A stretch of 64,000 bases of DNA, from contig CACYWQ010000009.1 in the NCBI GenBank assembly GCA_902778165.1, forward strand, positions 13,781 through 77,780. The letters run 5' to 3'. Both the position numbers and the translations under genes were made by a program. Positions within the stretch are counted from its first letter, which is position 1; each line of letters starts with the position of its first letter. Below the pieces are notes generated by a model, which was not told the origin of the DNA, made no database searches, and saw only the letters and a program-made list of their open reading frames with translations. The stretch comes from an uncultured Lachnospiraceae bacterium (GTDB taxonomy: Bacteria; Bacillota; Clostridia; Lachnospirales; Lachnospiraceae). This document shows, piece by piece, positions 1 to 9,233 of the stretch.

Positions 1-1426
1 ATTCGTGGATTTCTTAAGCGGAGCAGGACAGGGATACTGGCAGATACTTCCCCTTGGTCCTACGGGATACGGCAATTCGCCCTACCAGCCCTTCTCGGCT
101 TTTGCGGGCAATTCATATTTCATATCGCCCGAGAAACTTATAGAGGATAACCTGCTTACGTGGGATGAGTGTAATGCGACGTTTTTCGGTACCGATGAGA
201 CCAAGGTTGATTACGGTGCAATGTATGAGAATCGTGATGAGTTGCTTAAGAAGGCTTTTGTAAGATTTAAGGAAGCGGGCAAAGATCATAAAGATGCCAA
301 GGAGTATGCGGCTTTTCTTAAGAAAGAGTCGGGATGGCTTACGGATTATGCTCTGTTTACGGCAATTAAGAGGCATTTACAGGGTGCTTCATGGCTTACA
401 TGGGAGGACGGACTTAAGACAAGAAAGCCCGAGGCGCTTAAGAAGATTGCAGCAGAGCTAGCCGAAGATATAGAATTCGTATACTTCAAGCAGTTTGAAT
501 TTGACAAGCAATGGAGAGCCTTAAGGGAATATGCCAATAAGAAGAATATTAAGATAATCGGCGATCTGCCCTTCTATGTATCCCTTGATTCAGCGGATGC
601 ATGGTCACATCCTGAAGTATTTATGATGGATAAGAATCTTAATCCCAAGGTTGTGGCAGGCTGTGCGCCGGATGCTTTCTCGCGTACCGGACAGTTATGG
701 GGCAATCCCATATATGATTGGAAAGCGCTTGAGAAGAATGATTATGGCTGGTGGGCCGACAGAATAAGACGTAACTATGAATTCTATGATGTGATAAGAA
801 TAGATCATTTCCACGGATTCTGCGAATATTATGCGGTTCCTTACGGTGATGAGACGGCTGAGAAGGGTAAGCTTAACAAGGGCCCCGGAATTAAGTTATT
901 TAAGGCACTTGAAGAAAGGCTCGGAACGCTTAATATCATAGCGGAGGATCTTGGCAACAATACACCGGAGAATATGGCACTCCTGGAAGAATCAGGATTC
1001 CCGGGAATGAAAGTGCTGCAATACGGATTCACAAGTTGGAACAGCATGTATGTCAATCACAGACATATTAATAACTGTGTTGTATATACAGGCACTCATG
1101 ACAATACGCCGACCAGAGCATGGGTTGAGGAGATCAATGACGGAGAGAGGGATTTCTGTCGAAGATATATCAATTCGAATAATACCGATTACGGTGCACT
1201 GGTATGGGACATCATCAGAGAGGCCTACAGATCGGTAGCGGATCTGTGTATCATACCGCTTCAGGATTATCTGTGCTTCGGCAGAGAAGCCAGGCTTAAT
1301 ACGCCCGGCACATCGGAGGGTAACTGGGAGTGGAGACTTCGCCCCAACTTCTTATCCGAAGATCTTAAGCGAAGCATCAGAGAACTTACGGAATTATACA
1401 GCAGGATACCGAAAGTCACTGAGTAA
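1..1426 (+). CDS. malQ: 4-alpha-glucanotransferase (amylomaltase, GH77), 5' end cut by window edge
   Basis: The frame is open to base 1, so the track start at 5 is artificial. GH77 signatures are present: YWQILPLGPTGYGNSPYQPFSAFAGN, RIDHFHGF, THDNTP. It is a diverged paralog of 49186-50748. Confidence 0.9.
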   Translation, partial: FVDFLSGAGQGYWQILPLGPTGYGNSPYQPFSAFAGNSYFISPEKLIEDNLLTWDECNATFFGTDETKVDYGAMYENRDELLKKAFVRFKEAGKDHKDAKEYAAFLKKESGWLTDYALFTAIKRHLQGASWLTWEDGLKTRKPEALKKIAAELAEDIEFVYFKQFEFDKQWRALREYANKKNIKIIGDLPFYVSLDSADAWSHPEVFMMDKNLNPKVVAGCAPDAFSRTGQLWGNPIYDWKALEKNDYGWWADRIRRNYEFYDVIRIDHFHGFCEYYAVPYGDETAEKGKLNKGPGIKLFKALEERLGTLNIIAEDLGNNTPENMALLEESGFPGMKVLQYGFTSWNSMYVNHRHINNCVVYTGTHDNTPTRAWVEEINDGERDFCRRYINSNNTDYGALVWDIIREAYRSVADLCIIPLQDYLCFGREARLNTPGTSEGNWEWRLRPNFLSEDLKRSIRELTELYSRIPKVTE

Positions 1427-1449
1427 AGGGAGAATATAAGGAGAACATT

Positions 1450-3234
1450 ATGAAGAGATTAAGTTATGTCAGAAAGGCTTTGATCACATTACTTTGTTGC
1501 ATATTAACGGCCGGATTGTTAACTGCCTGTGGCAAATCGGAGGCGACTGGGGATGAAGAAGTTTCCGAGGATACAGCTTCAGAGGGCGAACCATCTGATG
1601 ATAATACGAGTGAATTATCGGGGGATGCAGCTTTGTTTGCCGAGACCGGAGTAGATGGCGAGTGGGTGATGATATATTCACTCTATCATTCTGACTACGG
1701 CGACGGTGAAGAGTATAACAGTTGCACTATGGCTACCGATGAATACGCACCTACTTCCAAGATTAAGATATATCAGAAGGACGGTAAGTATATCGCGGAT
1801 TATAAGTATAACGGATACGAGTCGGTTACGAAGTATTACGGCAATGAGATTAAGTATATTGATGAGCCTGCATATGAAGAGTGTGAAGACAGCGATTGGT
1901 GTTTTATCTTTGAGGATCCTTTCGGTGATGTGGAGGAGAGTAAGAGATTTACCCTTAAGGATAATGATACTCTGATAGCAGCAAGCGAATATCGCGATGA
2001 GGGAGAAGATTATACATATTATGCGGTCTATCAGGATGTATACATAAGAAGTGATGATCCGAGACTGGAGAATGAGGAAGACTTAAGATATTTCGATACC
2101 GTAACGGTATCAAGTGCCGAAGAATTGCTTAACAGTCTGCAGGATAACCGTAAGATCATTCTTAAGGCCGGCACATATGATTTGTCCAAGGTTGAAGATG
2201 CGAAGATGAACAACGAAAGAGTCAACCTTGAATGGGGTGCATATAAGATATCCAATGTCTACAATATATGTATTGAAGCCGAGGAGGGTGCAGATGTTTT
2301 GATATGTGTGGACGATGCTTATTCTCCGGTTATGACATTCTACGGTTGCGGTAATGTTACCTTAAGAGGCATTACGGCGGGGCATAATGTGGAGCCCGGA
2401 TATTGCAGCGGAAGCGTAATACAACTTGAGCAGACATCCGGAACGGATATTGATAAATGTAAGTTATACGGTTGTGGTACATACGGTGTTGCCGCAAGTA
2501 ATTGTGACAGACTTAATGTAACCGACAGTGAAATATATGAATGTACATACGGATTGCTTGATCTAAACGGAGTATATGGCGCTGCTTTCACCAACTGTGT
2601 ATTCAGAGACAGTAAGGATATGTCCATGATCAATCTCTATTCAAGTTCGGATATATCATTTGATAACTGTACGTTTAAGAATAACTTTGTAAGTTCGGAA
2701 TACTGGCAATGCTATTTCGTTGAACTCTCGGAATACTCCGACGTGACATTCAATAAATGTTCATTTGAGAATAATCAGTATGATGTATTTGCCAACAGTA
2801 AGGTTAAGATGAACAACTGTCGTGTAAGCGACAACGGCGATATGACCAACGTTGAGACAGAGGCTGATGCCGATTCTTCGGAATTAAGACGTAAGTACAA
2901 TGAAACATGTGATGCGCAGAAGCAGATAGACCTTAAGTTTGAAGGCGGCAATATGGATCAGGCAACAATGAACCAGACCGCTTATGAAGAGTACAGCATG
3001 TGGGATACGCTGCTTAATGATATCTGGGCTTATCTTAAGGATACTATGGATGAGTATGATATGGAGCAGCTCACGGAAGAAGAGACTTCGTGGATCAAGG
3101 AGAAGGAGGCAGCAGTCTTGGCTGCGGGTGCAGAGTTTGAAGGCGGTTCAATGCAACCTACGGCTGAGAGCAGAACGGCAGCTTCCATTACCAGAGAGAG
3201 AGTTGAGTATCTGCTTGATAACTATGTGAAGTGA
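1450..3234 (+). CDS. lipoprotein with beta-helix-like repeats and a C-terminal DUF1311/LprI-like helical domain
   Basis: AAGGAGA RBS upstream. Signal peptide with lipobox LLTAC, then an acidic linker. Repeated beta-helix-like units: NVTLRGITAGHN, CKLYGCGTYGV, NVTDSEIYECTYG, FTNCVFRDS, FDNCTFKNN, FNKCSFENN. The C-terminal segment AYEEYSMWDTLLNDIWAYL...ERVEYL resembles DUF1311. Confidence 0.6.
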   Translation: MKRLSYVRKALITLLCCILTAGLLTACGKSEATGDEEVSEDTASEGEPSDDNTSELSGDAALFAETGVDGEWVMIYSLYHSDYGDGEEYNSCTMATDEYAPTSKIKIYQKDGKYIADYKYNGYESVTKYYGNEIKYIDEPAYEECEDSDWCFIFEDPFGDVEESKRFTLKDNDTLIAASEYRDEGEDYTYYAVYQDVYIRSDDPRLENEEDLRYFDTVTVSSAEELLNSLQDNRKIILKAGTYDLSKVEDAKMNNERVNLEWGAYKISNVYNICIEAEEGADVLICVDDAYSPVMTFYGCGNVTLRGITAGHNVEPGYCSGSVIQLEQTSGTDIDKCKLYGCGTYGVAASNCDRLNVTDSEIYECTYGLLDLNGVYGAAFTNCVFRDSKDMSMINLYSSSDISFDNCTFKNNFVSSEYWQCYFVELSEYSDVTFNKCSFENNQYDVFANSKVKMNNCRVSDNGDMTNVETEADADSSELRRKYNETCDAQKQIDLKFEGGNMDQATMNQTAYEEYSMWDTLLNDIWAYLKDTMDEYDMEQLTEEETSWIKEKEAAVLAAGAEFEGGSMQPTAESRTAASITRERVEYLLDNYVK

Positions 3235-3265
3235 GTCCATACATTTAACACATAACAGATCAGTT

Positions 3266-3306
3266 GAAGCGATGGCTTATAAATTGCCGTCGCTTCTTCT
3301 TATATT
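3266..3306 (+). terminator. rho-independent terminator
   Basis: Stem GAAGCGATGGC / GCCGTCGCTTC (one G-U pair) with a 9-nt loop, followed by a T-rich tail. Confidence 0.6.
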
Positions 3307-3319
3307 TCGCTTAATCTGC

Positions 3320-3348
3320 TTGACGGAGAGCCATTCAAATGCTATACT
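3320..3348 (+). promoter_or_regulatory. sigma-A-type promoter candidate for the symporter gene
   Basis: TTGACG (3320-3325), 17-nt spacer, TATACT (3343-3348). Confidence 0.45.
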
Positions 3349-3414
3349 TTGATGCATAAAAGCGTCAAAGCGTTGAAGTGACAAAGTAGAATAATCAGGC
3401 GTACAGGAGGAAAC

Positions 3415-4962
3415 ATGATAGTCAAAGTATTGTTGTTAGTTGTATTCTTCGCAGTGATGTTCGGAGTGGGCATATACTGCAGACAGCATGCAACCGATGT
3501 AAGAGGATTCGTATTAGGCGGAAGAAGCGTAGGTCCGTGGATGACCGCTTTCGCATACGGAACATCTTATTTCTCGGCTGTTGTATTCATAGGTTATGCC
3601 GGACAGTTCGGATGGAAGTTCGGTATGTCATCAACATGGATCGGTATCGGTAATACGATAATCGGATCACTTCTTGCATGGGTAATCTTAGGAAGACGCA
3701 CACGTATCATGACCAAGCATCTTCATGCAGGTACGATGCCGCAGTTCTTCTATGAGAGATTTGACAGCAAGGCACTTAAGATTGCATCTTCCGCAATCAT
3801 ATTCATCTTCCTTGTACCTTATACTTCTTCAATATATAACGGATTATCAAGACTGTTCGGTATGGCATTTGATATTCCTTATGTAGTCTGCGTAGTAGCA
3901 ATGGCTGCAATCACCGGAATATATGTCATCATGGGCGGATATATGGCTACGGCAGTTAACGATTTCATTCAGGGAATTATCATGATCATAGGTATCATCG
4001 CCGTTATCGCTGCAGTTCTGATGGGACAGGGCGGTTTCATGCAGGCGGTTACCAATATGGCTCAGATAGAAGGAACCAATTCAATCGGACAGGTTCAGCC
4101 CGGTGTGTTCACATCTTTCTTAGGACCCGACCCTGTAGGACTTCTCTCAGTTGTGATTCTTACATCACTCGGTACATGGGGACTTCCTCAGATGGTTCAT
4201 AAGTTCTATGCGATTAAGTCAGAGGATGATATCGCCAAGGGTACGATTATTTCAACAGTATTCTCTATAATAATCGCAGGCGGTTCTTACTTCTTAGGAG
4301 GTTTTGCAAGATTATTCGATACACCCGAGATATATAAGGCAGACGGAAGTATTGCATTTGACTCAATCGTGCCTCAGATGTTATCAACGGTTCCCGATAT
4401 CTTAATGGGACTTATCGTGGTGCTTGTGCTCTCAGCTTCAATGTCAACGCTTTCATCTCTTGTGTTAACATCATCATCAACACTTACACTTGACTTCGTT
4501 AAAGGTAATATCGTTAAGAATATGAAGGAGAAGACATCGCTTACTCTTATGAAGGTGATGGTTGTGGTATTCATTCTTCTCTCTGTATTGCTTGCGATCA
4601 AGCCTCCGACATTCATAGCTCAGCTTATGGGTATTTCATGGGGCGCACTTGCGGGTGCATTCCTTGCTCCCTTCTTATACGGACTGTATTGGAAGGGTGT
4701 TACCAAGGCAGGCGTATGGGCATGCTTTATAACAGGCGTAGGTCTTACAGTACTTAATATGTTCTTCCACTGGTTCTCATCACCCATCACATCGGGTGCG
4801 GCAGCAATGCTTATAGGATTCGTGGTAGTACCTGTTGTAAGCTTAATATCACCTAAGCTTGACGAATCTAAGGTTGTCGGTATCTTCACATGCTATGATA
4901 AGCAGGCCGTTGTAACGGTTAAGAAGGTTCTTGTTGATGAGGAAGAGCAGCAGGCAAAATAA
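3415..4962 (+). CDS. sodium:solute symporter family (SSF) transporter
   Basis: About 13 hydrophobic helices. SSF-like segments GGRSVGPWMTAFAYGTSYFSAVVFIGYAG and LGTWGLPQMVHKFYAIK. GGAGGA RBS. The substrate cannot be assigned. Confidence 0.8.
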   Translation: MIVKVLLLVVFFAVMFGVGIYCRQHATDVRGFVLGGRSVGPWMTAFAYGTSYFSAVVFIGYAGQFGWKFGMSSTWIGIGNTIIGSLLAWVILGRRTRIMTKHLHAGTMPQFFYERFDSKALKIASSAIIFIFLVPYTSSIYNGLSRLFGMAFDIPYVVCVVAMAAITGIYVIMGGYMATAVNDFIQGIIMIIGIIAVIAAVLMGQGGFMQAVTNMAQIEGTNSIGQVQPGVFTSFLGPDPVGLLSVVILTSLGTWGLPQMVHKFYAIKSEDDIAKGTIISTVFSIIIAGGSYFLGGFARLFDTPEIYKADGSIAFDSIVPQMLSTVPDILMGLIVVLVLSASMSTLSSLVLTSSSTLTLDFVKGNIVKNMKEKTSLTLMKVMVVVFILLSVLLAIKPPTFIAQLMGISWGALAGAFLAPFLYGLYWKGVTKAGVWACFITGVGLTVLNMFFHWFSSPITSGAAAMLIGFVVVPVVSLISPKLDESKVVGIFTCYDKQAVVTVKKVLVDEEEQQAK

Positions 4963-5004
4963 ACCTAAGCCGGATTGATAATAAGAGATAATAATATGTT
5001 TATC

Positions 5005-5041
5005 AGGGACCATTGAAGTGTGATTTTGATGGTCCTTTTTA
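5005..5041 (+). terminator. rho-independent terminator
   Basis: Stem AGGGACCAT / ATGGTCCTT followed by TTTTT. Confidence 0.6.
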
Positions 5042-5131
5042 ATGCGTTTATGCAAAACTTCAAATTTTGTTAAAAAATTTTGAAGACTTTTCTGATACTA
5101 TTACGTTATATAGAATGTAAGCGCTAAGGAG

Positions 5132-5656
5132 GTGGGAAATACGGATTCCAAACAAAACTTAATACGTCTTATGGAACAGTATCGGAATCTCGTGTTCTCT
5201 GTCTGCTTACGATTAACGGGTGATTATTTTACGGCCGAGGATATCACTCAAGAGACCTTCATAGCAGCATACAGTAACTGGGATTCATTCGACGGAACAT
5301 CAGAGAAAGCATGGTTATGCAGAATAGCTTCCAATAAATGTATTGATTATAAGAGGGAAGCGGCAAGGCGCATGATAATGACTGCCGATGATGAGATGCC
5401 AGAAGAAGCGACGGCTACGGATAATGAGCCGCTTGATACGGCGGTATGCAACGATCTGCTAAGCAGATTAAGCGATAGTTGCAATAAGCTGTCAGAACCT
5501 TATAAGGAAGCAGCGGTAGGGTATTTTATAGAAGGCAGAACGGCCAAAGAGATATCCGTAAGAACGGGTACGGAACTTAAGACGGTACAGACAAGGATAT
5601 ACAGGGCCAGAGAGATGCTTAAGAAATTGATCAGAAAGGAGGATTTGCTGGGATGA
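5132..5656 (+). CDS. ECF-type RNA polymerase sigma-70 family factor
   Basis: Region 2: AEDITQETFIAAY...WLCRIASNKCIDYKR. Region 4 HTH: TAKEISVRTGTELKTVQTRIYRAREML. The AAGGAGG abuts the GTG at 5132, so the exact start is uncertain; the next in-frame ATG is at 5171. Confidence 0.85.
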   Translation: MGNTDSKQNLIRLMEQYRNLVFSVCLRLTGDYFTAEDITQETFIAAYSNWDSFDGTSEKAWLCRIASNKCIDYKREAARRMIMTADDEMPEEATATDNEPLDTAVCNDLLSRLSDSCNKLSEPYKEAAVGYFIEGRTAKEISVRTGTELKTVQTRIYRAREMLKKLIRKEDLLG

Positions 5657-6129
5657 ATGAAGAAAGATATGATTATCTGTCAGATGAAGAATTGAATAGC
5701 TTAATAGAAGATACAGAGAATAATGCAATGTTCACGGCGCCTCCGGATCTGATGGCAGATGTGCTTGGCAGGCTTAATATTAAAGATTCCACTGCAGATT
5801 CAGATAAGTCCGATATGACCGTGGCGGAATTTAAGCCTGATAATGTTAAGGAGTTCAGAAGCTTCTGTATCAAGGTGATAGCGGCGGTTGCTGCAGCGGT
5901 TGTAATAATAGCGGTTGCACCGATCGTTTCTCCTAAGTTAATACCGGATTCTGCTACGGATTACAGTATGGAATATGCGGCAAGAGATGCCGACATCCCG
6001 ACCAAAGAGGAAGTGCTTGGCGTAGAAGATGTAATTCCCAGTAAGGAAGAAGTACTTACAAGAAACGGAATAACCGAAGGAATCAGGGATTCGCACATCA
6101 TAAGCGATTTCTACAGTAAGAGAAGTTAA
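5653..6129 (+). CDS. putative anti-sigma factor (single-pass membrane protein)
   Basis: Its ATG overlaps the sigma gene stop (ATGA). One TM helix, FCIKVIAAVAAAVVIIAVAPIV. Internal duplication IPTKEEVLG / IPSKEEVLT. The call is based on position. Confidence 0.55.
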   Translation: MNEERYDYLSDEELNSLIEDTENNAMFTAPPDLMADVLGRLNIKDSTADSDKSDMTVAEFKPDNVKEFRSFCIKVIAAVAAAVVIIAVAPIVSPKLIPDSATDYSMEYAARDADIPTKEEVLGVEDVIPSKEEVLTRNGITEGIRDSHIISDFYSKRS

Positions 6130-6222
6130 TAAGCTAAGCCGGCAAAAGGTTTCTTATTAAGATTACAGTAAGGTTTTTGTAACCATAATGAAATGAATAT
6201 CGATTAGGGAGGTAAGATTGAT

Positions 6223-6747
6223 ATGTTAAAAAATAATAAGAGTAAGGCATTCACATTTATTTGTTCGTTCCTGCCGGGAGCGGCCGAGATGTATCTCGGA
6301 TTTATGAAAAACGGTTTGACACTTATGCTTGCATTCTTCATAAGTTTCATGTTACCGACGGCATTACGCGCGGGAGATATGTTCATAGCACTGGTATTCG
6401 TAGTATGGTTCTACGGATTCTTCCACGCAAGAAATATTGCGACTAGTGACGAGGCTACATTTGCAGCCATGGAAGATAAGTACATATGGGAAGAGTTTAT
6501 CGGAAGTAAGATCAAACTTGACAGCGTGGTTGCTAACAAGTGGTTTGCCGCAATATTAATCCTTATAGGTGTCTGTGCACTTTGGAATAATGTATTTGAT
6601 GTAGTATGCAGATATATACCCGAATCAATATGGAATGAAATCTACCCTATTATAAGGACGATTCCCGGAACAGTGTTCTCGATATTGATCATTGTAGCAG
6701 GCATAATGCTTATCAAGGGCAAGAAGGAGAGCATCGATGGAGAATAA
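6223..6747 (+). CDS. small polytopic membrane protein, unknown family
   Basis: GGGAGG RBS. About 4 hydrophobic helices. Lies between the sigma/anti-sigma pair and the ABC genes. Confidence 0.6.
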   Translation: MLKNNKSKAFTFICSFLPGAAEMYLGFMKNGLTLMLAFFISFMLPTALRAGDMFIALVFVVWFYGFFHARNIATSDEATFAAMEDKYIWEEFIGSKIKLDSVVANKWFAAILILIGVCALWNNVFDVVCRYIPESIWNEIYPIIRTIPGTVFSILIIVAGIMLIKGKKESIDGE

Positions 6748-7078
6748 TGTACAGGTAATAGGCGGCGAAGATGCGGAACGCAGACAGATAAGAGTGCACA
6801 GAGTGGGCAGCATCACCGCCGGAATCTCACTTATATCATTCGGAATACTCTTCTTGTTAAGTATATTTACGGATGCGGTAAGTTATCAGACGGTATTTAA
6901 GTTCTGGCCGGCAATCATAATAGGGATCGGAGTCGAGATACTTGCAGCCATTGCCAAAAGAACTGAGATTAAGTACGACAAAGGCGCTGTTTGGCTGATG
7001 GCAATAATGATGGTGTTTGCCACGGGAATGGCAATTGCATCGGAAGTAATGATGCACATGCAGTTCGACATAAGATAG
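6737..7078 (+). CDS. small membrane protein, unknown family
   Basis: AAGGAGAG RBS inside the 3' end of the previous gene (11-nt overlap). About 3 hydrophobic helices, including FWPAIIIGIGVEILAAI. Confidence 0.55.
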   Translation: MENNVQVIGGEDAERRQIRVHRVGSITAGISLISFGILFLLSIFTDAVSYQTVFKFWPAIIIGIGVEILAAIAKRTEIKYDKGAVWLMAIMMVFATGMAIASEVMMHMQFDIR

Positions 7079-7122
7079 TCGTATAAAAAGGGAAGAAGTA
7101 ACAAGGGAAATGAGGAAGTATT

Positions 7123-7818
7123 ATGGAGGAATTGATCACAATCCGGGATATGAGCAAGATCTATAATCCCGGAGAGAATGAGGTCAGGGCACTTGACCAC
7201 ATTAATCTAAGCATAGCCACGCATGAATTCGTGGCTATCATCGGACAATCCGGTTCCGGCAAGTCCACACTCATGAATATGTTAGGCTGTCTTGATGTAC
7301 CTACCGAAGGTGAATACATCCTTGAAGGCAGGGATGTCTCGGCTCTAAGTGATGATGAGTTGTCGGATATAAGGAATAAGAAGATCGGATTTATTTTCCA
7401 GGGATTTAATCTGATACCGTCGCTAACGGCACTTGAGAATGTTGAACTGCCGCTTATGTACAGAGATGTACCGGGGAAGGAGCGGCTAAGACTAAGTAAC
7501 GAAGCGCTTGATAAAGTGGGCCTTAATAAGCGTAAAGATCATAGGCCGTCACAGATGTCGGGAGGTCAGCAACAGCGAGTGGCAATCGCAAGAGCCATAG
7601 CTCAGGCGCCTCCCATAATTCTTGCTGACGAGCCCACGGGTAACCTTGATAGCGGCTCGACGGCTGAGATAATGAACATACTTAAAGGCCTGTATTACGA
7701 CGGAAGAACCGTAATACTCATTACACATGATAATGACATCGCAGCCAATGCAGGAAGGATAATCAGGATCAAAGACGGGAAGATTGTGGAGGATAGGATC
7801 AATGAAGATTTTAAATAA
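7123..7818 (+). CDS. ABC transporter ATP-binding protein, MacB/LolD type
   Basis: Walker A GQSGSGKST, signature MSGGQQQRVAIARA, Walker B ILADEPTGNLD. Confidence 0.92.
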   Translation: MEELITIRDMSKIYNPGENEVRALDHINLSIATHEFVAIIGQSGSGKSTLMNMLGCLDVPTEGEYILEGRDVSALSDDELSDIRNKKIGFIFQGFNLIPSLTALENVELPLMYRDVPGKERLRLSNEALDKVGLNKRKDHRPSQMSGGQQQRVAIARAIAQAPPIILADEPTGNLDSGSTAEIMNILKGLYYDGRTVILITHDNDIAANAGRIIRIKDGKIVEDRINEDFK

Positions 7819-9229
7819 ATTTAAGATGACTAAGAAGAGAGTGATCGCTACAGTATGTTCTTTACTTGCTGTGTTAATTGTAGGCAGCAGGGTGATAGCG
7901 GCCAATGCGGCACAGCCTGTACAGACATCTAAGGTCATAAGCGGCGAGATGATCAAGGAACTGGAAGTAAGCGGCAAGATAAGAAGTAATTCCAAGGTCA
8001 CGGTTTATTCCGATGTAGAGTGCAAAGTCGGCAAGATTAACGTAAGTAACGGAGAGAAGGCGGCAAAGGGCACTCCGGTAATAGAATATGATAAGACGGA
8101 TATGGAATACAGGCTGCAGAAAGCGCGCCTTAATCAGGTATCGGTAGAGAAGGGATATGATGATAAGAATGCTTCCAACAGTAAGATAGCAGGCTTATAT
8201 TCACAGGCATGCTCGGATTTAAAGACCCTGGATGAGCAGATACTTCTGTATCAGGCAGCGATCGCACAGCTTAATTATGATATAGAGAATAAAGAAGCAG
8301 CTCTTGCAAGTGAGGGAGCAAATCTTCAGATATCACTTATAGAGTGGAGCGATGATCCTGCCTCTGAAGAATATGAGAATCTTCAGAAACTTGTGCAGCG
8401 TAACAGTTACGAACAGGGACATAATTCGGAACTTGTACAGATGAAGCAGACAAGGGCATGCTATCAGGATAACCTTGCAGAATGCAAGCAGAAGAAGGCC
8501 GAGATGACCAGTCAGAAGAGTTCTTCATATACAAATATGATGACTGCTTCAGGCAAGGAGAAACTTGAAGCGGACAAAGAGTCTGATGAACTTGATTCGG
8601 CACTGAAGGTAAGCAATCTTGAGAGTGTCGGTAACGGAGTTGCTCATGATTTTGACGGAATAGTCACCAATGTGGCAGTTAAGGAAGGCAGCACCGTAAC
8701 AGTCGGCCAGGAGATGTATACCATAGAGTCACTTGATGATATGGTAGTGTATGCAAGAGTCAATAAGTACGATATAGGGGAACTGTCTGTCGGTCAGAGC
8801 GCAAGGATTAAGATCAATAATAAAGAATATACAGGTAAGGTGAGCAAGATTGAGCAGGCAGTTACGGAAGATGCCAAGGGTGTACCCGGTGTAGGAGTTG
8901 AGATCACACCGGATGATCCGGATGAAGGATTTATAATCGGGCTTGATGCCAAGGCATATGTTCTTACAATGTCGGAAGAAAATGTTCTTCAGATTCCTTC
9001 GGCAGCGGTATGCAGCGACTCGGAAGGTGAATTTGTATATGTATATAAAGACGGTAAGGCTGTTAGGACTAACGTGGTCGTAGGAATAAGTAACGGCACG
9101 AATATCCGAATACTTGAGGGATTGACGGAAGGCGAAGAAGTTATTGTCAATGAAGATGCCAATATTGAGATAACTGACGGAATGGAAGTTAAGTCAGCCG
9201 GCAATGGTGAAACTAAGGAGGATAAGTAA
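7802..9229 (+). CDS. HlyD-family membrane-fusion (periplasmic adaptor) protein
   Basis: N-terminal anchor VIATVCSLLAVLIVGS, a long coiled-coil middle and a beta-rich C-terminus. The ATG at 7802 (MKILNKFK) is preferred over the track start at 7784. Confidence 0.8.
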   Translation: MKILNKFKMTKKRVIATVCSLLAVLIVGSRVIAANAAQPVQTSKVISGEMIKELEVSGKIRSNSKVTVYSDVECKVGKINVSNGEKAAKGTPVIEYDKTDMEYRLQKARLNQVSVEKGYDDKNASNSKIAGLYSQACSDLKTLDEQILLYQAAIAQLNYDIENKEAALASEGANLQISLIEWSDDPASEEYENLQKLVQRNSYEQGHNSELVQMKQTRACYQDNLAECKQKKAEMTSQKSSSYTNMMTASGKEKLEADKESDELDSALKVSNLESVGNGVAHDFDGIVTNVAVKEGSTVTVGQEMYTIESLDDMVVYARVNKYDIGELSVGQSARIKINNKEYTGKVSKIEQAVTEDAKGVPGVGVEITPDDPDEGFIIGLDAKAYVLTMSEENVLQIPSAAVCSDSEGEFVYVYKDGKAVRTNVVVGISNGTNIRILEGLTEGEEVIVNEDANIEITDGMEVKSAGNGETKEDK

Positions 9230-9233
9230 GCAG

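Noticed and set aside
5110-5125. A cre-like site, TGTAAGCGCTAAGG, upstream of the ECF sigma gene.
   Set aside because: It matches only about 12 of 14 positions of TGWAANCGNTNWCA, with the right half-site degenerate, and it overlaps the RBS. The support is insufficient.
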